64,000 nt of DNA from contig OZ244048.1 of NCBI GenBank assembly GCA_965215265.1, positions 992,001 through 1,056,000 of the forward strand. The letters are read 5' to 3'. Source of the DNA: Candidatus Poribacteria bacterium. Lineage in GTDB: Bacteria > Poribacteria > WGA-4E > WGA-3G. A program made the translations under genes and the position numbers. The notes beneath the pieces were generated by a model. The model was given only the letters and a program-made list of their open reading frames with translations, searched no databases and was not told where the DNA came from. Shown here one piece after another: positions 1-9,925 of the stretch (its first letter is position 1; each line of letters begins with the position of its first letter).

Positions 1-329
1 GGAAAACACGGCGAAGTCTCGGTGGTACAAGATTCGCCGGACTATCTTAGAACGTTTTCCAAAAGATCCCACAACATCTTAACGATTAATAAGAATTTTC
101 GGGAAGACTAATAAGTAAGTTAAGTGAGGTTTTGTCAATGAATGAAAGCAAAAATCCCAACGAAACTCGAGATTCAGCCGACGAAACTCGAGATTCGGCC
201 AAACTCAATGGTTCACTAGTCAGCGGCGTAATTCCCTCACCGGTGGATCCTATGAATATAGTGAAATTGATCTTGAAAGGATTAATAAGAGTTTTCGGAA
301 AGACTAAAAAGACTAATAAGTAAGTAACG

Positions 330-528
330 ATAAGTAAGCTCGATACTGCCTTTGAGGACAAACACAAGGAGGCAGTTACGGAACTACTGCGGCTAAAAAC
401 CATCTCGTCTACGACAAGACGTGATGGACAAGCCCAAATTGATAAAGAAGTGTCACGGGTAGAAACGATTGACACCCTTCCTCACCAAGCAATTTGAGGA
501 AATCAGTGACGTTGTAGGTGAGGAATAA
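330..528 (+). pseudogene. Remnant of a dynamin-like gene 3' end
   Basis: 412-535 nearly duplicates the 3' end of the 2058..4169 gene (acaagacgtgatgg...caatttgaggaaatcagtga...taaattctga) with an indel; no intact upstream frame. Confidence 0.7.
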
Positions 529-797
529 ATTCTGATGGAACATTACCGAGCGGTGGTGTGTGGAGCTTAGGAAACACGCAATATCGCATGTTAACTTTAT
601 TTTAACCTAATACCGCATAATGCCTCTAATCGGGGTTATACGGATATAAGAAAGGAAATCAATTGTGAATATGAAAATTACTGACCAGCTTTTGACAAAG
701 CCATTGACGACATCAACCCAGACGATGCCAAAAGGGAGTTTAGCTGATTTCTTCCGTTTTGCCTCGCCTGAAACCTCGCCACCTTAAGGAGATTAAA

Positions 798-1913
798 ATG
801 TCACAAGAACGAATTGATAAACTTGCAAACGTGCTCACGACTCACTCCACTAAAGTCCAAACCGGTGAATTTGTGCTTATCGAAGGTATTGACATCCCGC
901 AAGAAATGGTCATTGCCCTTATCCGTGCGGTGCGGAAAGCCGGAGGAATTCCGCTCGTTGAACTGAAGCAAAACCGTATCCAACGTGAAATCATCCTCGG
1001 GGGTGATGACGCAGGAATAAAACGGGTTGGTGAATATGAAAGGTATCGTATGGAACGCGTGCAGGCTTACATCGGCATACGCGGCAGCCATAACATTACA
1101 GAGATGTCCGACGTGCCGGCGACAGCAATGCAGCGTTATGAAAAACTGTGGTTCATGCCTGTTCACATTGATATCCGCGTGCCAAAGACAAAATGGGTTG
1201 TCCTCCGGTGGCCCCTGCCGTCAATGGCACAACAGGCAAATATGAGCACAGAGGCGTTTGAGGATTTCTATTTTAAAGTTTGCACGCTTGACTACAGCCG
1301 AATGGCACGTGCCATGTCACCCCTCAAAGCGCTCATGGAGGCGACAGACGAAGTCCATATAGTCGGCAAAGGCACTGATTTGCGATTCAGCATCAAGGAT
1401 ATTCCCGTTATTCCATGTGCTGGTGAGAAAAATATCCCTGACGGTGAGTGCTTTACTGCGCCAGTGCGGGATTCTGTCAACGGCACGATCCATTTCAATA
1501 CACCCACAATCTATCAAGGGACCCCCTTTACTGACATCCGGCTCCGCTTTGAAAAGGGTAAAATCGTGGAGGCATCAGCGAACAATAGCGACAGGCTGAA
1601 TCAGATCCTCAATACGGACGAAGGTGCACGTTATATCGGCGAGTTTTCTATTGCGTTCAACCCTTACATCACCAATCCGATGCTTGATATTCTGTTTGAC
1701 GAAAAGATTGCCGGTTCATTTCATTTCACCCCCGGGCAGGCTTACGAGGAAGCAGATAACGGAGTCCATTCCGCTGTGCATTGGGATATGGTAATGATTC
1801 AAACGCCGGCACATGGGGGCGGGGAAATGTATTTCGACGGAAATCTCATTCGGAAGGACGGACGATTTGTCCATTCAGAATTGGAAGCGTTAAATCCGGA
1901 GCACTTGAAATGA
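798..1913 (+). CDS. Aminopeptidase, peptidase M29 (AmpS/AmpT-like thermophilic metalloprotease)
   Basis: Motifs [37 protein letters not shown]; RBS aaggag before ATG 798. Confidence 0.9.
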   Translation: MSQERIDKLANVLTTHSTKVQTGEFVLIEGIDIPQEMVIALIRAVRKAGGIPLVELKQNRIQREIILGGDDAGIKRVGEYERYRMERVQAYIGIRGSHNITEMSDVPATAMQRYEKLWFMPVHIDIRVPKTKWVVLRWPLPSMAQQANMSTEAFEDFYFKVCTLDYSRMARAMSPLKALMEATDEVHIVGKGTDLRFSIKDIPVIPCAGEKNIPDGECFTAPVRDSVNGTIHFNTPTIYQGTPFTDIRLRFEKGKIVEASANNSDRLNQILNTDEGARYIGEFSIAFNPYITNPMLDILFDEKIAGSFHFTPGQAYEEADNGVHSAVHWDMVMIQTPAHGGGEMYFDGNLIRKDGRFVHSELEALNPEHLK

Positions 1914-2057
1914 GCAGGAAACAACATAGGGTATACGGAGATCTGCGGCGGTTTGAAGTTTCTGAATATAGATGTAAAAGATTAGACCAATCATGCCGTT
2001 ACAGACGCGTAGATGAACACATTAATCTAAGCTACTCCCCAGTTGAGGAGGATTAAA

Positions 2058-4169
2058 ATGTCACAAGAACGAACAGAGAAAGCCATCCAGGCACTCCAAA
2101 ACACGGCGGTATTGATTGGTAAATCTCAATCGCATCCGGTTGTCATTGCTGATGAGGAAGTCATCCCCGGTTTAGGATTAGACAATGATGCCGGTCTGTT
2201 GTTGGACAGTGTGGATTCGCTAAGAACATCCCAGCTACAAATTGCTTGTATAGGCAGGGCAAATAGCGGCAAGAGCACCCTAATTGAGGCGTTCGTAAAC
2301 AAGGAGATAGTTCAGGTACGGATAGTGCCCACCACTGGTGTGATTACCCGCATTGTTGGCGGCCCTGATTCTGATAAAGTCCGGCTCGTTGAAGGCGGGC
2401 GCGAGCGCGTTATTAGTCTAGAAGAATTCAATGATAAGTATTACCTCACAGAGAAAGAAGTCAATTCCATAGATGCCGGAGATCCTTTCCCTTTGCCCGA
2501 ACACATGGCAAAAGTTGATCACGCAACGCTGCAAATAGACTCGCCTTTCTTGAGACAAGGTATTTCGTTGGTTGATACACTCGGTTTTCAGGCGGGTGCT
2601 AAAGCTAAGATAATTACCAACAATTTTATTGACCGCGCAGATGTTATCTTTCTGGTACTCAATACCCGTGCTCTGCTTGATGCCTCCGAATTAGAATTAG
2701 TGAAAGAGATAGTAGGCAAGTGCACTGGTGATTCTACAAAGATGAGAAATATTTTCTTTGTTGCCAACAATTTCGCACTTGACGATGCAGAGAAACTATC
2801 TGTGGAAGAGACGTTGTTACGCCGTTTGAAACCTTACTTCACCGACGCGTCCGGGCAGTTTGATAAATCCCTCTACGATCGTCGTGTGTTTATAGTAGAC
2901 GCTAAGGCTGCCAGAGCCGTTAGACTCACGGGAGAATCATCAGGCGATGTGCTGGAAAAAACGGGCTTCTCGGCACTGAATAACGAAGTTCAGCAACTGT
3001 TTCGCGATAACGAAAATATCTCCCTCATCTTAGCAGGTGCAAGTCGGCGTGCAGCGTCCGCCGTTCAGAACGCACGAGGCACCATTGAAACTAAGAAAGT
3101 AGCCATCTTTCTAACCGAAGAAGATTGGAAAACAGCCGAAGCAGGTTTTAAAGAGCAACTGGATATAGCGCAAAAGAAAAGAGACGACACCGAAGCCACC
3201 ATTGTCAAATTCTTGAATGGGGCGAAAGAGAAATGCACCTTTCATTTTGAGCGCTATGCTACGGATTACTTTTTTGATGATCCGACTAGGGCTCGTACGG
3301 AGGAAAAGTGGCGTGCCCGATGGACAGAAGCATACACATCTACCGGAGTAGTCGGATTATTCGATATTGTAAAGGCCTCCTTTTCCAAAAACAGCCGGGC
3401 AGAATTGGAGGAAAAATTAGGTGTCGCAATCAAGAAAGTCTTTGATAACCTGTTTACCGGGTGGCAAAAAGCGTTTACGACATATCTAGAGGAGGATGAG
3501 GAACTGAAGACTTTGACAGGCGAACTTGAAGTGGAGCTCAAGGACTTCTCGGTAAAGGTCAATGAACTTCAGCGAACGATCACGAACAAGCCCACTGAGC
3601 CCGTTACGGATTTAGGCGAAAATAGAGAAAAAAAATTGCTACAGGCTTGCATAAGTATTCTGACACTTGATCTCAACCAGACAGTAGGACCGCTCATGCA
3701 GAGCAGCTGGAAGGCTACCCTAATACGTACATTGGCTCACGCTATAGGCCCAATCGTGGCAACACTAATAGCTGGGTTATTCGCTACGGGTCCTATAGCA
3801 GTCGCGGTAGGAATTGCCGTGTTAATAGCTGAAACCATTGCTGTGCTTTTGTGGGACCACTCTGTATTTGAGGCAAAACTCGCCAACCGCGTCGGTGAAG
3901 AATTAAGAAAGAAGATAATGCTAGCCATGCCTGATATAAAGTACGCGTTACATAACAAAATAGATGAAACCTTCAAGGACCGTTTGGCTAAGGTCTCACA
4001 ACGCCTGACTGCAGAAATTGATGAAGTAAAGCGTATATACGACACTTCAGTTGAGACAAGACGTGATGGGCAAGCCCAAATTGATAAAGAGGTGTCACGG
4101 TTAGAAGCTATTGACACCCTTCTCACCAAGCAATTTGAGGAAATCAGTGAGGTCGTGGGTGACGAATAA
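2058..4169 (+). CDS. Bacterial dynamin-like GTPase, full length
   Basis: G1 GRANSGKST, G2 PTT, G3 DTLG, G4-like ANNF; helical stalk with a hydrophobic paddle (IVATLIAGLFATGPIAVAVGIAVLI); RBS gaggag before ATG 2058. Confidence 0.85.
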   Translation: MSQERTEKAIQALQNTAVLIGKSQSHPVVIADEEVIPGLGLDNDAGLLLDSVDSLRTSQLQIACIGRANSGKSTLIEAFVNKEIVQVRIVPTTGVITRIVGGPDSDKVRLVEGGRERVISLEEFNDKYYLTEKEVNSIDAGDPFPLPEHMAKVDHATLQIDSPFLRQGISLVDTLGFQAGAKAKIITNNFIDRADVIFLVLNTRALLDASELELVKEIVGKCTGDSTKMRNIFFVANNFALDDAEKLSVEETLLRRLKPYFTDASGQFDKSLYDRRVFIVDAKAARAVRLTGESSGDVLEKTGFSALNNEVQQLFRDNENISLILAGASRRAASAVQNARGTIETKKVAIFLTEEDWKTAEAGFKEQLDIAQKKRDDTEATIVKFLNGAKEKCTFHFERYATDYFFDDPTRARTEEKWRARWTEAYTSTGVVGLFDIVKASFSKNSRAELEEKLGVAIKKVFDNLFTGWQKAFTTYLEEDEELKTLTGELEVELKDFSVKVNELQRTITNKPTEPVTDLGENREKKLLQACISILTLDLNQTVGPLMQSSWKATLIRTLAHAIGPIVATLIAGLFATGPIAVAVGIAVLIAETIAVLLWDHSVFEAKLANRVGEELRKKIMLAMPDIKYALHNKIDETFKDRLAKVSQRLTAEIDEVKRIYDTSVETRRDGQAQIDKEVSRLEAIDTLLTKQFEEISEVVGDE

Positions 4170-4262
4170 ATTCTGAGCGATTAGAACATTACCGAGGTGT
4201 GTGGAGCTTCTCTTCGCGGACGGGCGAAGCACGCCTTGCTTAAATTTAAGGAGCTAACTGCA

Positions 4263-4535
4263 ATGAAAAACATGTTTAGAACCTTAGCTTTACTGATGGT
4301 AAGCTTACTTGCCGTTTGCATGATTGGCTGTGACATGGAAGAGTACTCAAAGGGTATAGAGGTGAAGACGAAGTTCTCAAGATGGTCTATTTTATACTTT
4401 GCAGCAGTCGGCGGCTACCTCCTCTTCAAAGTAATTACCTCTCTGCATAAGTTTACAAAATCGAGCAAGACAAGGAGAGTGGAATTGTCAACGACCCGAA
4501 TGGCCAAACGGCAGTATCCGCCTCCTGAAGTCTAA
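4263..4535 (+). CDS. Small putative lipoprotein/membrane protein
   Basis: RBS aaggag; lipobox-like MIGC; second hydrophobic segment; signal peptide nearly identical to that of 59281..59937. Confidence 0.5.
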   Translation: MKNMFRTLALLMVSLLAVCMIGCDMEEYSKGIEVKTKFSRWSILYFAAVGGYLLFKVITSLHKFTKSSKTRRVELSTTRMAKRQYPPPEV

Positions 4536-4881
4536 CAGCATCATTATTTTACTGATTGTCGTGAAACTTAGTAGAATTCACACAAGTAAGTCGCCTTTCG
4601 GTGATTGAGCTAGCAAGGCAAGGGGGAGGCACTCGAGCACTGCGTGCCGGTGCAGCCGCCTTCAACAGAATAAGGAGATTGAACTACACACACGCGATGT
4701 CGTGGAGAGACCTGGATTGGGCTTGTCAACCTATTAGCTCTTCAATTCCTTGTAAACAAGGGGGGGCAAGCGTTCGAGTGTTTAATACTTAACACCCGTT
4801 ATATTACTGGTTTGGATGCTCCGGGTGTTAAACTACTGGCGGTTCGAAATACAAAGAGGTCAATTAAGGGGGTGATTATTT

Positions 4882-5007
4882 ATGGTTCCTGATGGTGGTC
4901 TTCCTGGTAATGCTGGTGGTGAGGGTTTTGGTTGTCTGGGCACTTTCTTGTTTGTTGTTGGTGTGATTCTTTTGATTGTCTTGCTTACGGTCTTAGGTGT
5001 GTCTTGA
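4882..5007 (+). CDS. Small single-TM peptide (41 aa)
   Basis: MVPDGGLPGNAGGEGFGCLGTFLFVVGVILLIVLLTVLGVS; purine-rich aagggggtg upstream. Confidence 0.35.
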   Translation: MVPDGGLPGNAGGEGFGCLGTFLFVVGVILLIVLLTVLGVS

Positions 5008-5279
5008 TACCCTTTCTCGTTTCGATGGCTCACGTGGGCTTTTTGACGCTTTGTTAACGCTCTTTCTTGCATTTCCCTTTTTTGTTGGTGGCTCACGTGG
5101 GCACCCTGCTGGCTCATGTGGCATCTTAAGGTGTCTCATTTCATGCTCTCTTGGCTGTGCGGTCGCATCGCGACCGTTCATTATGGGAAGCGATGAGTCA
5201 GTGCGTCTACAGGAAAGTGCTGACAGATGCAGAGATACAAGCACGTTTAGACCGTTGCTTAAGGAGAAGGCGAACGCAC

Positions 5280-5512
5280 CACTCGACTGTGCTGGAGCAG
5301 ACTGCAAAGCGATGGCAAGAAGGTATCACTGCGACTGAGGACTTGTCCCGAGAGTAGTTCTACGTCTCTCGGGTTCGTGCACGGACGCATTGGGGGTTGC
5401 GGACGCGTCTGAACAATAAGTTTGGAGCGTGTCTTCTCCGCGCGTTCCTGAATCAATGTTTAGGACACCCCTTAGAAGCCAGGAGATGAAAGGAAAACAT
5501 GATGAACATTAG
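5280..5512 (+). repeat. ~230-bp cassette linker repeated at ~13047-13279
   Basis: Near-identical from ctcgactgtgctggagcagactgc to ggaaaacatgatgaacatta; the last part (caggagatgaaaggaaaacatgatgaacattaga) also precedes 8149. Confidence 0.85.
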
Positions 5513-6301
5513 AATTGTCCCAGAAGGAATGGTGCTCATCCCCGGCGGCACCTTCCAGATGGGCAGCAACGATAACGATGCTGAGGCCTGGGATGAAGAA
5601 CAGCCTGTGCATACGGTGCATGTGGACGCGTTCTACATGGACACGCACGAAGTGACGAACGCCGAGTATCAAAGTTTTCTGCTGGCGAATCCCGAGTGGC
5701 AGAAGGGCATCTTCCGGATTTCCTCCACATTGATTATTACCTAGTGGATTGGAACTGGGACGGTAATAACTATCGTCCGGGTAAGGGGGACCATCCTGTG
5801 GAGAGTATGTCGTGGTATGGTGCGATGGCGTATGCTGCGTGGGCAGGTAAGCGTCTTCCAACGGAGGCGGAGTGGGAGTATGCGGCACGCGGTGGGTTAG
5901 TTGGTAAGAAATACCCGTGGGGAGACACGATTACGCCGAACGATGCGAACTACGGTAAGAATGTAGGCGGTACAAAGGCTGTGGGGAGTTATGCTGCGAA
6001 CGGGTATGGGCTGTTCGACATGGCAGGCAACGTGCCAGAGTGGTGTCTGGATGCGTATAATGTGGATTTCTATTCTCAGTCTCCGTCTCGGAATCCGCTG
6101 AGTGGTGTGTCTGGCAGTACGCTCGCGAATCTGGATGAGATTGTAGATAACTATATAATTATTAGGTCTGATCGCGTGTTGCGCGGCGGTAGCTGGGCCA
6201 CTAATTCACGCTACCTGCGCGCCGCGGCTCGCGGCGGGAATGCCCCGACGTTCACGGACTACGACATCGGGTTCCGGTGTGCGAGGGCTGTAACCCCTTA
6301 A
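5499..6301 (+). pseudogene. FGE-sulfatase/CLec-fold protein copy 1, frameshifted near 5706-5712; DGR-type variable 3' end
   Basis: ORFs 5499..5744 and 5696..6301 are the two halves; cagaagggcatcttccggat is 1 nt shorter than cagaagacgcagattccggat in paralogs; RLPTEAEWE and GFRC present. Confidence 0.8.
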
Positions 6302-6323
6302 ATCTTTAACCCTTTACCCCTTC

Positions 6324-6341
6324 CGAGCTGCGCGCAGCTCG
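6324..6341 (+). promoter_or_regulatory. GC-rich hairpin after the variable region (candidate DGR target-recognition hairpin); also 7231-7248 and 12674-12695
   Basis: Perfect palindrome cgagctgcgcgcagctcg after the conserved tail taaatctttaaccctttaccccttc. Confidence 0.55.
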
Positions 6342-6383
6342 AGTCGCGACACGAAGAATTTGAACAAAGGAGAATTTATCGTA

Positions 6384-7208
6384 ATGATTCGTACCGAAAC
6401 GCAGACACCAATTGTCCCAGAAGGAATGGTGCCCATCCCCGGCGGCATCTTCCAGATGGGCAGCAACGATGCTGATGCCTGGGATGACGAGCAGTGGGAT
6501 GACGAGCAGCCTGCGCATCCGGTGTTTATGGACACGTTCTACATGGACACGCACGAGGTGACGAATCTGGAATACAAACGTTTTGTGCTGGCGAACCCAC
6601 AGTGGCAGAAGACGCTGATTCCGGATGCACTCCAAAGTGTTTTTTACCTAAAACATTGGAGCGGTAATAACTATCCTTCGGGTGAGGCGAACCATCCGGT
6701 GGTATATGTGTCGTGGTATGCGGCGATGGCATATTCCGCGTGGGCAGGTAAACGTCTTCCGACGGAGGCAGAGTGGGAGAAAGCGGCACGGGCACGCGGT
6801 GGACGATCAGGGTTAAAGTATCCGTGGGGGAATACAATCTCCTCTGCGCGTGCGAACTACGATGATAATGTAGGGGATACGCGTCCTGTGGGGAGTTATG
6901 CGTCGAACGGGTATGGGCTGTATGATATGGCGGGGAACGTGTGGGAGTGGTGCCTGGATGAGTATGATGCGGATTTTTATTCTGCGTCTCCGTCTAGTAA
7001 TCCGCTGAGTGGTGTGTCTGGCAGTATGCTCGCGAATCTGGATGAGATTGTAGATGACTATACAAATATTAAGTCTCGTCGCGTGCTGCGTGGCGGGGGT
7101 TGGCTCGATTTTTCACGCGACCTGCGTGTCGCCGCTCGCTCCAAGAATACGCCAACGCTCACGAGCTCCGGCGTCGGGTTCCGGTGTGCGAGGGCTGTAA
7201 CCCCTTAA
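6384..7208 (+). CDS. FGE-sulfatase/CLec-fold protein copy 2 (putative DGR target)
   Basis: FQMGS, HEVTN, HPVVYVSW, RLPTEAEWEKAAR, DMAGNVWEW, RGG.W...GFRC; no catalytic FGE cysteine pair. Confidence 0.9.
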   Translation: MIRTETQTPIVPEGMVPIPGGIFQMGSNDADAWDDEQWDDEQPAHPVFMDTFYMDTHEVTNLEYKRFVLANPQWQKTLIPDALQSVFYLKHWSGNNYPSGEANHPVVYVSWYAAMAYSAWAGKRLPTEAEWEKAARARGGRSGLKYPWGNTISSARANYDDNVGDTRPVGSYASNGYGLYDMAGNVWEWCLDEYDADFYSASPSSNPLSGVSGSMLANLDEIVDDYTNIKSRRVLRGGGWLDFSRDLRVAARSKNTPTLTSSGVGFRCARAVTP

Positions 7209-7290
7209 ATCTTTAACCCTTTACCCCTTCCGAGCTGCGCGCAGCTCGAGTCGCGACACGAAAAATTTGAACAAAGGAGAATTTATCGTA

Positions 7291-8139
7291 ATGATTCGTA
7301 CCGAAACTCATATTGACATCGCGACTCGATTAGACGATATCGCGGTTTTGATTGGAGCAGAACAAGATAAACCCATTACGCTACACACAGGCGACACCGT
7401 GGAGAGACCTGGACTGGGCCTGTCAACCCACTCGACCGTGCTGGAGCAGACTGCAAAGCGATGGCAAAAAGGTATCACCAACATCCCCGTCGTCGGCTCC
7501 GTTTCTGTCGGTAAATCGACGCTCCTGAATGGCTTGTTGGACACGGACTTACCTGCAGGGAAAGGTGCCGTGACGGGGATAATCCTGGAACTCACGGCTG
7601 AAGCGTTTGACGACTTTAGAGTCTTTTATACGGATGGGACGGAAAAGACGATGACTGCCGAAGCATATCGAGACTTTAGTTGCGTATACACAAGAGACCC
7701 TTTCGTAGGCGGTGGGCCGTTTAGGCTCCCGGCGCGTTTGCAAACTGTTCAGTATGCGCGTTTAGGCAGGCTGCGCGGTTTACCGGAAAAAGGGCTCGTG
7801 TTCATTGATACCCTCGGTTTCAATGCGGGAGGTGCCGCCGCGGCGGTGACGCGCGGCTATCTCAGCAATGCGGATATCGTGATAATGGTTCTCAACAGTA
7901 ACCAACTCTTTACAGAGACAGATGTTGAGATGCTCCGGGATATCGTTGCCGGTGGCATTGAAAGAGAGGGCGTGGAAGACGCGTCGATTTTCTTCGTTAT
8001 CAACACTTTCGCTCAGGATACCGATGCGGATAAAGAGGAAGCGCTGAAGCAGGTGTCAGCGAAACTGGAAGGGCTCGTTCCTCCTGAAAAGAGAGACAAT
8101 CGCATTTTCTTGGTAGATGCGTGGACAGCCAGGAGATGA
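7291..8139 (+). CDS. Dynamin-like GTPase domain only (no stalk)
   Basis: GSVSVGKST, DTLG, FFVINTF; collinear with the N-half of 2058..4169; stops at a cassette junction. Confidence 0.75.
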   Translation: MIRTETHIDIATRLDDIAVLIGAEQDKPITLHTGDTVERPGLGLSTHSTVLEQTAKRWQKGITNIPVVGSVSVGKSTLLNGLLDTDLPAGKGAVTGIILELTAEAFDDFRVFYTDGTEKTMTAEAYRDFSCVYTRDPFVGGGPFRLPARLQTVQYARLGRLRGLPEKGLVFIDTLGFNAGGAAAAVTRGYLSNADIVIMVLNSNQLFTETDVEMLRDIVAGGIEREGVEDASIFFVINTFAQDTDADKEEALKQVSAKLEGLVPPEKRDNRIFLVDAWTARR

Positions 8140-8148
8140 AAGGAAAAC

Positions 8149-8988
8149 ATGATGAACATTAGAATTGTCCCAGAAGGAATGGTGCTCATCCCCGGCGGCA
8201 CCTTCCAGATGGGCAGCAAGGATGCCGAGGCCTTAAATGACGAGCAGCCTACGCATACGGTGTATGTGGACGCGTTCTACGACGAGCAGCCTGTGCATAC
8301 GGTGTATGTGGACGCGTTCTACATGGACACGCACGAAGTGACGAACGCCGAGTATAAAAGTTTTCTGCTGGCAAACCCGCAGTGGCAGAAGACGCAGATT
8401 CCGGATGCCCTCCATAATGGTCGTTATCTAAGCCATTGGGACGGTAATAACTATCCAGTGGGTGAGGCGGACCATCCCGTGACGTATGTGTCGTGGTATG
8501 GTGCGATGGCGTATGCTGCGTGGGCGGGTAAGCGTCTTCCAACGGAGGCGGAGTGGGAGAAAGCGGCACGCGGGGGGTTAGTTGATAAGAGATATCCGTG
8601 GGGGGACACGATTACGCCGAACGATGCGAACTACGGTAAGAATGTAGGCGGTACAACGGCTGTGGGGAGTTATGCTGCGAACGGGTATGGGCTGTTCGAC
8701 ATGGCAGGCAACGTGTCAGAGTGGTGTCTGGATGAGTGGGATGCGGATTTTTATTCTCAGTCTCCGTCTCGGAATCCGCTGAGTGGTGTGTCTGGCAGTA
8801 CACTCGCGAATCTGGCTGAGATTGTAGATAACTATACAAATATTGAGTCTGATCGCGTGTTGCGTGGCGGTAGTTGGTACTGTGCTTCACGACTCCTGCG
8901 TGTCACCTTTCGCCCCGAGATTACACCAACGTTCACGCTCTACCCCGCCGGCCTCGGGTTCCGGTGTGCGAGGGCTGTAACCCCTTAA
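8149..8988 (+). CDS. FGE-sulfatase/CLec-fold protein copy 3 (putative DGR target)
   Basis: Same motifs; 42-nt in-frame tandem duplication at 8239-8322. Confidence 0.9.
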   Translation: MMNIRIVPEGMVLIPGGTFQMGSKDAEALNDEQPTHTVYVDAFYDEQPVHTVYVDAFYMDTHEVTNAEYKSFLLANPQWQKTQIPDALHNGRYLSHWDGNNYPVGEADHPVTYVSWYGAMAYAAWAGKRLPTEAEWEKAARGGLVDKRYPWGDTITPNDANYGKNVGGTTAVGSYAANGYGLFDMAGNVSEWCLDEWDADFYSQSPSRNPLSGVSGSTLANLAEIVDNYTNIESDRVLRGGSWYCASRLLRVTFRPEITPTFTLYPAGLGFRCARAVTP

Positions 8989-9080
8989 ATCTTTACCCCT
9001 TTACCCCTTCCGAGCCGTATCCGGAGCGAATGGCACATAGAAGAATTTGAACGATGACTTAAAAAGGAGATTTTATCATA

Positions 9081-9857
9081 ATGAACAGTGCCGAAACTCA
9101 TATTGACAGAGAAGAAACAACCGAACCGCAGACACCAATTGTCCCAGAAGGAATGGTGCTCATCCCCGCAGGCGAGTTCCAGATGGGCAACGACGATCCT
9201 GTGCATACAGTGTATGTAGACGCGTTCTATATGGACACGCACGAAGTGACGAACGCTGAGTATCAAACTTTTGTGCTGGCGAACCCGCAGTGGCAGAAGA
9301 CGCTGATTCCGGATGTTCTCCACAATGGTGATTACCTAAACCATTGGGACGGTAATAACTATCCAGTGGGTATGGGGGACCATCCTGTGACGTATGTGTC
9401 GTGGTATGCGGCGATGGCATATTCCGCGTGGGCAGGGAAGCGTCTTCCAACGGAGGCAGAGTGGAAGAAAGCGGCCGGTGATCTGGCAGTCCCACGTCTG
9501 GGCGATGCGAACTATGCAGCCGGTACAACGGCTGTGGGGAGTTATGCTGCGAACGGGTATGGGCTATATGATATGGCAGGCAACGTGTGGGAGTGGTGTC
9601 TGGATGAGTGGGATGCAGATTTTTATTCTCAGTCTCCGTCTAGTAATCCGCTGAGTGGTGTGTCTGGCAGTATGCTCGCGAATCTGGATGAGATTGTAGA
9701 TGACTATACAAATATTAAGTCTCGTCGCGTGTCGTGTGGCGGGCCTTTGTACGCTGCTCCGTGGGGCCTGCGTGTCGCCAATCTCGGCAGGTATTCTCCA
9801 CCGGCGTTCACGCTCGACTGCTTCGGGTTCCGGTGTGCGCGGGCTGTTACTCCTTAA
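9081..9857 (+). CDS. FGE-sulfatase/CLec-fold protein copy 4 (putative DGR target)
   Basis: Same motifs; RGGSW degenerate (CGGPL); YPWG segment replaced. Confidence 0.85.
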   Translation: MNSAETHIDREETTEPQTPIVPEGMVLIPAGEFQMGNDDPVHTVYVDAFYMDTHEVTNAEYQTFVLANPQWQKTLIPDVLHNGDYLNHWDGNNYPVGMGDHPVTYVSWYAAMAYSAWAGKRLPTEAEWKKAAGDLAVPRLGDANYAAGTTAVGSYAANGYGLYDMAGNVWEWCLDEWDADFYSQSPSSNPLSGVSGSMLANLDEIVDDYTNIKSRRVSCGGPLYAAPWGLRVANLGRYSPPAFTLDCFGFRCARAVTP

Positions 9858-9925
9858 ATCTTCAACCCTTTACCCCTTCCGAGCTGCATGCAGATGGGCT
9901 TGCGACCTAAGGAGAATTTATCGTA

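Noticed and set aside
5424-5473. IS5-like terminal inverted repeats (gagcgtgtc...ggacacccct)
   Set aside because: Short and imperfect, with no transposase; cannot be supported.
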